IMG/VR virus record: IMGVR_UViG_3300030085_002014
Span: 1 to 51,519 of that record
Direction: 5' to 3' (one strand)
DNA: 51,519 bases
From: a virus
Taxonomy: Duplodnaviria > Caudoviricetes
How positions within the stretch are numbered: the first letter of the stretch is position 1; every line of letters begins with the position of its first letter. Below, piece after piece: positions 45,171-51,519 of the stretch. Made by a program: the position numbers and the translations under genes. The notes under the pieces are model-generated. The model did not search any database and was not told the origin of the DNA. It was given only the letters and a program-made list of their open reading frames with translations.

Positions 45171-45370
45171 TTAAACAAGCATTAGTTGGTAGTATCACCA
45201 CGCTATCCTTGGGTGCGATTACTTGGATGACCGTGACGCTTATTAGTGTAGATAAGCGCACAGCCGTCATGTCTGTCAAGATTGAACAAAACAATGAAAT
45301 GTTAAAACCTTTGTGGGAAGACTTTATTAAAAGGAGTGCAAGATATGAGCAGGCCGCAATCAAGAAGTAA
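45158..45370 (+). CDS. Small membrane protein
   Basis: N-terminal TM segment and coiled coil. Confidence 0.55.
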   Translation: MAMLIKQALVGSITTLSLGAITWMTVTLISVDKRTAVMSVKIEQNNEMLKPLWEDFIKRSARYEQAAIKK

Positions 45371-45593
45371 AGTAAATCTAGGACGCGGTGCGTGTCCTGT
45401 AGTAAAGATGGCTAAGGGTGGTGTTGTTAAAATGAAAAAGGGCGGTAAGATTTGTCCTGAAGGTAAGGCATGGGCAAAGCGTACCTTTGATACATATCCA
45501 AGTGCTTATGCAAACTTAGCGGCAAGTAAATACTGTAAAGATCCTAATTACGCAAAAGGCGCAAAAGGTAAAAAGAAAAAGAAGAAAGCATAA
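45345..45593 (+). CDS. Small basic protein
   Basis: KMAKGG..KMKKGG and AKRTFDTYPSAYAN. Confidence 0.7.
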   Translation: MSRPQSRSKVNLGRGACPVVKMAKGGVVKMKKGGKICPEGKAWAKRTFDTYPSAYANLAASKYCKDPNYAKGAKGKKKKKKA

Positions 45594-45853
45594 TGGGCGA
45601 ACTTAAAAAATGGCTAAAGCAAGACTGGGTTCGTATCGGTACGGACGGTAAAATTAAGGGTAAGTGTGGTACCTCTAAAGATAAGAAGAACCCAGACAGA
45701 TGTTTACCGCGTAGTAAGGCGCAGTCTTTAAGTAAAAAAGAGCGTGCGGCTACTGCTAAAAAGAAAAAGCGTGCAGGTGCAAAAGGCAAGACAGTAGTTA
45801 AGAATACAAAACAAGCCGTAGTGCGTCTAGGTAATGGGGGTTATATTCGTTAA
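45593..45853 (+). CDS. Small basic protein (DUF5872-like)
   Basis: LKKWLKQDW...CG...RCLP..KA..LS. Confidence 0.7.
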   Translation: MGELKKWLKQDWVRIGTDGKIKGKCGTSKDKKNPDRCLPRSKAQSLSKKERAATAKKKKRAGAKGKTVVKNTKQAVVRLGNGGYIR

Positions 45854-46149
45854 TGGGACAAGCGTACAATTCAGATGAAAGAAAATATATTAAAGCCATA
45901 GATGACTATACGTCCAAAAGAATAAGTTATTCTCAGTTTTTAGACAAAACTATACCTCTTAAAAACGTTAGTAGGCGAGTTAGAGACACATTTACTGTTA
46001 CAGGGAAAAAACTGCAAGGTTTGCCTTTGGGCTACGATAAAGGTGGTAAAGTTGAAAAAGATGATGTAAATTTAAAAGGTAAACGATTTATCGCACGAGG
46101 GTGTGGGGCAGTCATGTCCAACAGACGTAAGAAAACTTTATATACTTAG
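45853..46149 (+). CDS. Small basic protein
   Basis: GYDKGG and C-terminal ARGCGAVM..RRKKT. Confidence 0.65.
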   Translation: MGQAYNSDERKYIKAIDDYTSKRISYSQFLDKTIPLKNVSRRVRDTFTVTGKKLQGLPLGYDKGGKVEKDDVNLKGKRFIARGCGAVMSNRRKKTLYT

Positions 46150-46158
46150 GAGCAAGAT

Positions 46159-46419
46159 ATGAGAAAAAAGAAAACATATGCGATGAAAAGAGGTGGTAAG
46201 GTTAAGCCTCGTATGATGAAAAAAGGTGGTAATGTTAAGCCTCGAATGATGAAGAAAGGTGGTAATGTTAAGCCACGCATGATGAAAAAAGGCGGTAACG
46301 TGAAACCAAGAATGATGAGTAAGGGTGGTGCAGCCAAGAAAACAATGACAATCGCACAACTACGGGCCGAAGCGAAGAAAAAAGGAATGAAGTTAGTTAA
46401 GGATACTAAGAAGGCCTAA
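46159..46419 (+). CDS. Lys/Met-rich repeat protein
   Basis: AGGAG RBS; (VKPRMMKKGGN)n. Confidence 0.75.
   Translation: MRKKKTYAMKRGGKVKPRMMKKGGNVKPRMMKKGGNVKPRMMKKGGNVKPRMMSKGGAAKKTMTIAQLRAEAKKKGMKLVKDTKKA
46183..46329 (+). repeat. 33-nt (11-aa) tandem coding repeat, about 4.5 copies
   Basis: GTTAAGCCTCGTATGATGAAAAAAGGTGGTAAT and largely synonymous variants. Confidence 0.9.
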
Positions 46420-46421
46420 AT

Positions 46422-47099
46422 TTGCCGTATTTACAAAGTAACATCCCGCATTTTAAATGTTGGGTGCGTAGAGAATATACACATAACCATGAAAAGTATC
46501 ATGGTGAGTTTTTGCACGCAATGGCTATCGCTGTGACTACAATGCCTAATAGGTGTTTGTCGTTCCAAGTAATATTTACTGGGTGTGAGAATGATGACGA
46601 TGAGCCTAATGTGCATGGTGGCGCTATGTGGGCACGTATGCCCATAACTGCCCTCGTTGGCGATTTTGACTTTGAGGGGTGGCCAGATCCTATGGAGACA
46701 TATTTAGCACAGCCTTGGGATTGTGCTTCGCATCATCACGCTGTGTATACCTTAAATAGAGCAACACCTTGTCCGTGGATGGCAAAGATAGGTAGTGAGT
46801 TTTACCCTGCTAAGTATCATTTTACGGTTGATTATACCGAAAGCGAGATAGCTGATGACCCTGCACAGCATAAGCAAAGTCACGTTCTTACCTTATTAGA
46901 TGCCGGCGACTATACAGGTAACATTGTAGCCTTGCCAAACAACCGTGTTCGTGTTACTCATCCGGCATGGTTTGAGACTGGTGATGGCCCTCCGGATTTT
47001 AAACCATCGCAGCATATACATTACTCGAAGTCTGATTTAGATTATGTGTTGGACGTAAACCAAATTTTTGATAATATGTACGCAAACAAGGATGAGTAA
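46422..47099 (+). CDS. Conserved marine-phage protein of unknown function (Cys/His/Trp-rich)
   Basis: GAMWARMPITAL, QPWDC, YHFTVD, QHKQSH and ALPNNR motifs; TTG start. Confidence 0.75.
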   Translation: MPYLQSNIPHFKCWVRREYTHNHEKYHGEFLHAMAIAVTTMPNRCLSFQVIFTGCENDDDEPNVHGGAMWARMPITALVGDFDFEGWPDPMETYLAQPWDCASHHHAVYTLNRATPCPWMAKIGSEFYPAKYHFTVDYTESEIADDPAQHKQSHVLTLLDAGDYTGNIVALPNNRVRVTHPAWFETGDGPPDFKPSQHIHYSKSDLDYVLDVNQIFDNMYANKDE

Positions 47100-47768
47100 A
47101 TGGCCGTATCAGATAGCACAGACTTTGAACTCGACGTTGCGGAGTACATCGAGGAGGCGTTTGAACGCTGTGGTTTAGAGGTCAGAACGGGTTACGATCT
47201 TAAATCTGCCAAGCGTTCTCTAAATCTTATGTTAGCTGAGTGGGCTAATCGTGGTCTTAATCAGTGGACTATAACACAAACTACACAAGCACTTACCTCT
47301 GGAACAGCAACATATAATCTTAATACAAATGTCATTGATATCTTGTCTGTTGTTGTACGACGCAGCAGTACAGATTTTGCTATGGAGCGAATAAGCAGAT
47401 CTACATATTTAGGCATACCAACTAAAAGTACAACAGGACGACCTAATCAATTCTTTTTGGACAGACAGATTACTCCTGTATTAAAAATATGGCCTACTCC
47501 AGAAAACAGCACAGACACTATTATTTTTGATGCACTAACACGTATGGATGATGCCGATACCTTTATTAATACAATGGATATGCCTTTTCGTTTCTTTCCA
47601 TGTTTGGCAGCAGGACTAGCTTACTACATTAGTATGAAAAGAGCGCCTAATAGAACACAAATGTTAAAAGCAGTATATGAAGAGGAGTTTCAACGCGCGA
47701 TGACTGAGGATAGAGATAGAGCTTCTTTTAATGTTGTACCTCAGTATGAATATTTTAGGAGCTCCTGA
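47100..47768 (+). CDS. Head-tail adaptor / tail tubular protein A-like
   Basis: IEEAFERCG...RSLNL...WANRG.N.W...WP.P...GLAYY. Confidence 0.7.
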   Translation: MAVSDSTDFELDVAEYIEEAFERCGLEVRTGYDLKSAKRSLNLMLAEWANRGLNQWTITQTTQALTSGTATYNLNTNVIDILSVVVRRSSTDFAMERISRSTYLGIPTKSTTGRPNQFFLDRQITPVLKIWPTPENSTDTIIFDALTRMDDADTFINTMDMPFRFFPCLAAGLAYYISMKRAPNRTQMLKAVYEEEFQRAMTEDRDRASFNVVPQYEYFRSS

Positions 47769-48067
47769 TGGCTAGATTTGCACAAGGTAAACACGCTTAC
47801 GCCATATCAGATAGATCAGGGTTTCGTTATAAGTATAAAGATATGCGCAAAGAGTGGAATGGATCGCTTGTAGGTAAAGATGAGTTTGAAGCAAAACAGC
47901 CACAACTTGAGCCTTTTCCTACTGTCGTTGATGCTCTAGGGTTGAAAGATGCTAGACCTGACAGAACAGAGCCTCAGACAGTTACTGTTGGTCCCGGTGG
48001 TTTTCCAAATAGGGGAGTGGCTATACGAGCAATCGCATCTGTTGGAGAGGTTACGGTGACAACATGA
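47768..48067 (+). CDS. Conserved hypothetical (neck region)
   Basis: FA.GK.A.AISDRSGF...EWNG..V...E.E.K.PQ. Confidence 0.7.
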   Translation: MARFAQGKHAYAISDRSGFRYKYKDMRKEWNGSLVGKDEFEAKQPQLEPFPTVVDALGLKDARPDRTEPQTVTVGPGGFPNRGVAIRAIASVGEVTVTT

Positions 48068-48714
48068 GCTTTACTTTTGCGACACTTAAAACAGCGATAC
48101 AGGATTACTCCGAGAATACTGAAACGACTTTTACTAATAATCTATCTAATTTTATTAAGATTGCAGAAGAGCGCATACTTAAAAATGTGCAGCTTAGTAT
48201 TTTTAGAAAAAACGCCACAGCCGCTTTTACATCAAGTAGCGAGTTTCTAGCGTGTCCAACAGACTTTCTTACTCCTTTTTCACTTAGCTTTACCGATGGC
48301 AGTAGCAATAAAGTATTTCTTGACTACAAAGATGTAAACTTTATACAAACGTTTACGCCAAATTCATCCACCACAGGATCTCCACGATTTTATGCTTTGT
48401 TTGATACTGACAATTTTATCGTGGCACCCACACCTAGTAGTAGTTTTGCAGTAGAGTTGCATTATTACTACAGACCAAATAGCCTTACCGCAGGGGCTGA
48501 TTCTGGTGAAACGTGGTTAAGCACTAATGCACCTAATGCTTTGTTGTATGGAAGTTTAATGGAAGCTTATACGTTTATGAAAGGTGAGCCTGATGTCATG
48601 CAAAATTATGCACAAAGGTTTACGGAAGCGGTGCAATCGCTTAAACTGTACGGCGAGGCAAAAGAGGTTAGTGATTATTATAGAACAGGCATGGTTATGA
48701 GGGATAAACAATAA
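48064..48714 (+). CDS. Second head-tail adaptor-like protein
   Basis: LKTAIQDY...FI..AE.RI...APTP...LLYGSL.EAY.FMK. Confidence 0.7.
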   Translation: MSFTFATLKTAIQDYSENTETTFTNNLSNFIKIAEERILKNVQLSIFRKNATAAFTSSSEFLACPTDFLTPFSLSFTDGSSNKVFLDYKDVNFIQTFTPNSSTTGSPRFYALFDTDNFIVAPTPSSSFAVELHYYYRPNSLTAGADSGETWLSTNAPNALLYGSLMEAYTFMKGEPDVMQNYAQRFTEAVQSLKLYGEAKEVSDYYRTGMVMRDKQ

Positions 48715-48998
48715 TGTTGATGGAATTACCAAAAACACCAATAGTGGATATACAGACTACAAACAACAGAGGATTTACTCCAGAGGAAGTCGCGGCTCGT
48801 TGTGTGGATAAGATTGTAGAGGTTGGAGATAACGCTGCCCCTGAGATTAGAGATCAGGCTCATGCCTTTAAATCGCATTTAGAAAAAGTAATTACTTTTT
48901 ACATGAAAGAAGCAATAAAATCAGATAGAACCACTGTTTGCAATGCAATAAAAAATGCAGGCCACGAAAAGCTTGCAGAAATGATAAGGAGATTATAA
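48714..48998 (+). CDS. Conserved hypothetical
   Basis: TTNNRGFTPEE.A..C...I...A...IRDQA.AF. Confidence 0.7.
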   Translation: MLMELPKTPIVDIQTTNNRGFTPEEVAARCVDKIVEVGDNAAPEIRDQAHAFKSHLEKVITFYMKEAIKSDRTTVCNAIKNAGHEKLAEMIRRL

Positions 48999-49429
48999 TG
49001 GCTATATCGCAGGCAATGTGCACATCATTTAAGGTGGAACTTCTAAAAGGTGTACACAATTTTACAAATAGTTCAGGTAATACGTTTAACATAGCTTTGT
49101 ATACCTCCAGTGCTAGTTTAGGAGCGGGTACCACAGCGTATACAACTAGCAATGAAGTATCAGGCACAAATTATACGGCAAAAGGACAAGCGCTTACTAA
49201 TGTAACGCCTACAGCATCTAGCACAACAGCCTTAACAGATTTTACCGATGAAACTTTTAGTAATGTGACGCTTACAGCTAGAGGGGCTTTGATATTTAAC
49301 GATAGTGCCTCTGGTGATCCGGCGGTGTGTGTATTAGATTTTGGTTCGGATAAATCAGCCTCATCTGGTGATTTTACAGTTGTTTTTCCTGCGGCTGATT
49401 CTAGTAATGCAATAATAAGGATAGCATAA
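48998..49429 (+). CDS. Tail structural protein
   Basis: MAISQAMCTSFK.ELL.G...ALYT...ARGALI.N...VLDFG.DK; TAATG coupling. Confidence 0.75.
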   Translation: MAISQAMCTSFKVELLKGVHNFTNSSGNTFNIALYTSSASLGAGTTAYTTSNEVSGTNYTAKGQALTNVTPTASSTTALTDFTDETFSNVTLTARGALIFNDSASGDPAVCVLDFGSDKSASSGDFTVVFPAADSSNAIIRIA

Positions 49430-50877
49430 TGGCATTAAAGATTGCAGATAGAGTTCGTGAAACGACAACCACTACTGGCACAGGAGCAATAAGTCTTGGT
49501 GGTGCTGTAACAAATTTTGAAACATTCTCTGCAAATTTAAGCAATAGTGATACCACATACTATGCCATAGTAGACAACACAAACGGAGACTTTGAGGTTG
49601 GGCTCGGAACGTATGCTTCATCAGGAAACACATTAACAAGAACAACTCCTATATCTAGCTCAAACAGTAATAGTGCCGTTAATTTTGGAGCAGGAACTAA
49701 AGATGTATTCATAACCACTCCTGCATCTAAGATGGCGTTCTTGAATGCAAGTGGTTCTTTAATATCCTCCGGTGGCACATCCTTAATGGAGGTTGCAAAT
49801 GATACCACTCCTCAGTTGGGTGGAAACTTGGATGTAAATGGAAATAGTATTGTTTCTACATCAAATGGTAACATAGCTATAACACCTAATGGGTCTGGAG
49901 TAGTTAGACTAGATGGTAATGTTGATATTCAAAGTGGAACTATTGATCTAAAAAACTCAGGTTCACGATCCAAAATAAACTTTTACTGTGAGTCTGGGAA
50001 TGCTCACTTTCAAGTGTTACAGGCTGCGCCACACTCAGAAAGTGCTTCGAACACTTTAACTTTGCCAAGCACTGGTGGTGATGTTGATTTAGTTTCAACA
50101 GCCTCTACGGCTACACTAACTAATAAAACATTAACTACACCTATTATTGAAGAGATAGATTCTACAGGTTCTATTACATTAGATGCAGCCACAGATATTA
50201 TTTTAGATGCAGGTGGAGCAGATGTAACTCTTAAAGACGATGGCACTACATTTGGTAGCTTAACAAATAGCAGTGGTGAGCTTGTTATAAAGTCAGGCTC
50301 AACACCTACAACAGCCGTAACCTTTAGTGGAGCAAATGCAACCTTTGCAGGAAACCTTACAGTAAACGGCACAACAACGACTGTGGATACTACAAATACA
50401 ACTATTAAGGATAGTTTGTTAGAGCTAAACAGTGGAGCAACCTCAAACTCTAACGACTGTGGTATAGTTATCGAAAGAGGTTCAACTGGTGACAATGCCA
50501 TATTAATGTGGGATGAGAGTGCTGACACATTTGTAGTAGGAACAACAACAGCCACTGGGGCATCAACAGGAAACTTAACCGTTACAGACGGAGCGTTACA
50601 GGCAGGATCACTAGACATATCTGGTGATGTAGATGTAGATGGAACGCTTGAAGCTGATGCCATGACATTAAATGGTGCAACGATTACAACAACAGCAACG
50701 CTATCAACAGGCATATCAAATGGTAATGTTTTAGTTGCAAATGCAAACGTAATTGATAATGATTTTCTGAGAGTTGACGGAACAAGCATTGAGGGTAGAA
50801 GTGCCTCTGAGCTTGCAACAGACATAGGGGCAGCCACAACAGACGATATTATTGCATTAAGCATAGCGTTAGGATAA
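49429..50877 (+). CDS. Tail fibre protein
   Basis: DRVRETTTTTGTG N-terminus, DTTPQLGGNLD and ATLTNKTLT motifs, C-terminal ALSIALG. Confidence 0.8.
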   Translation: MALKIADRVRETTTTTGTGAISLGGAVTNFETFSANLSNSDTTYYAIVDNTNGDFEVGLGTYASSGNTLTRTTPISSSNSNSAVNFGAGTKDVFITTPASKMAFLNASGSLISSGGTSLMEVANDTTPQLGGNLDVNGNSIVSTSNGNIAITPNGSGVVRLDGNVDIQSGTIDLKNSGSRSKINFYCESGNAHFQVLQAAPHSESASNTLTLPSTGGDVDLVSTASTATLTNKTLTTPIIEEIDSTGSITLDAATDIILDAGGADVTLKDDGTTFGSLTNSSGELVIKSGSTPTTAVTFSGANATFAGNLTVNGTTTTVDTTNTTIKDSLLELNSGATSNSNDCGIVIERGSTGDNAILMWDESADTFVVGTTTATGASTGNLTVTDGALQAGSLDISGDVDVDGTLEADAMTLNGATITTTATLSTGISNGNVLVANANVIDNDFLRVDGTSIEGRSASELATDIGAATTDDIIALSIALG

Positions 50878-50889
50878 AGGAGAAAACAC

Positions 50890-51342
50890 ATGGCAAATGA
50901 CGCAATAGCAAGCATACAGGCAACGGTGCTTCCTGATGAGATAGCCAAGACGCTTTCGGCTACTATGACGGTATCGCCTTCTGATGCAAACGATAAATGG
51001 TATTTTAAGAAAACAAGTGTATCAAACTCTAGTACAGATTTGATAGCAGGTAACTACACAGATTACACTGCCGTGGATGATGACACAGCACCAACAGCCG
51101 TAGCAACAGGCGATAAAGTAAACTTTTTGTTTATAAAGAACATCGACACAAACAGTAGAAGCATCTACATAGTGTTAGATGCAGGAACAGCATCATCTTC
51201 AGTAGGTGATGGAATTACAATAGGTCCTAATGAGTTCTTCTGTGCGAGATTACCAAATACAACAGTTGCCGATATACACGCAATATCATCAGCATCCACA
51301 GCAGAGGTTTTAGTTTGTGCATTACTAGATGATGTAGGTTAA
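50890..51342 (+). CDS. Tail-associated protein
   Basis: AAGGAG RBS, beta-rich 150 aa. Confidence 0.7.
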   Translation: MANDAIASIQATVLPDEIAKTLSATMTVSPSDANDKWYFKKTSVSNSSTDLIAGNYTDYTAVDDDTAPTAVATGDKVNFLFIKNIDTNSRSIYIVLDAGTASSSVGDGITIGPNEFFCARLPNTTVADIHAISSASTAEVLVCALLDDVG

Positions 51343-51352
51343 GGAGAAACAG

Positions 51353-51519
51353 ATGGCTAATACATTTAAGAACAAAGTGTATGATGGCTCGAACACATCG
51401 GCTAACGCTTTGATGAATGTCTACACGGCTCCATCTGCTACAACAACGGTTGTGATTGGTTTGACACTAGCAAACACGACTACAAGTCAGATAACAGCCG
51501 ACATCAAGTTAAGTGCAGG
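51353..51519 (+). CDS. Tail-associated protein, 3'-truncated
   Basis: AAGGAG RBS; MANTFKNK...VYTAPSATTTVVIGL.LAN. Confidence 0.7.
   Translation, partial: MANTFKNKVYDGSNTSANALMNVYTAPSATTTVVIGLTLANTTTSQITADIKLSA

Noticed and set aside
46183-46329. 33-nt repeats as a CRISPR array
   Set aside because: The repeats are contiguous with no spacers, in frame and vary synonymously, so this is a coding repeat.
50010-50948. 312-aa minus-strand ORF, and similar antisense ORFs over structural genes
   Set aside because: Shadow frames of Thr/Gly/Ala-rich plus-strand genes, with no RBS or motifs.
1-51519. tRNA genes, integrase, RNA polymerase, reverse transcriptase/DGR, inteins, introns or stop-codon recoding
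   Set aside because: I saw no such motifs or cloverleafs. Core genes are uninterrupted in the standard code and all three stop codons terminate genes.

Overview
This window is a large, apparently near-complete segment of a tailed dsDNA phage genome of the marine podovirus-like type. An alphaproteobacterial host is plausible but is only an inference. Both window edges fall inside tail genes. Module order: tail and ejection genes (1-13.7 kb), then a lone minus-strand SNF2 helicase, then a replication module (SSB-like protein, primase, UvrD helicase, family A DNA polymerase; 15.7-22.7 kb). Next come a regulatory and early region of small, individually promoted genes (22.7-30.7 kb) and a non-coding GC-rich repeat zone with a perfect parS site (30.7-31.2 kb). 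The late region holds the terminase, a two-domain ADP-ribosyltransferase-like protein, portal, lysis genes, GroES, scaffold, capsid, a cluster of small basic proteins, adaptors and tail fibre (31.2-51.5 kb). I saw no integrase, RNA polymerase, tRNA or CRISPR array. The most notable observations are: (1) short non-coding units carrying seeds complementary to the shared RBS leader of many phage genes, a candidate anti-RBS sRNA system; (2) a canonical host-type parS palindrome with no parB gene; (3) near-total loss of CCGG from the 17-kb early/replication half plus apparent genome-wide CCWGG avoidance; (4) a recurrent (hydrophobic/K)-x-x-GG motif in putative head-cargo proteins, including the ART-like effector; (5) an unannotated RHH regulator with a candidate operator in nearly every early promoter. 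Product calls come from motif recognition, not database searches, and all counts are manual.
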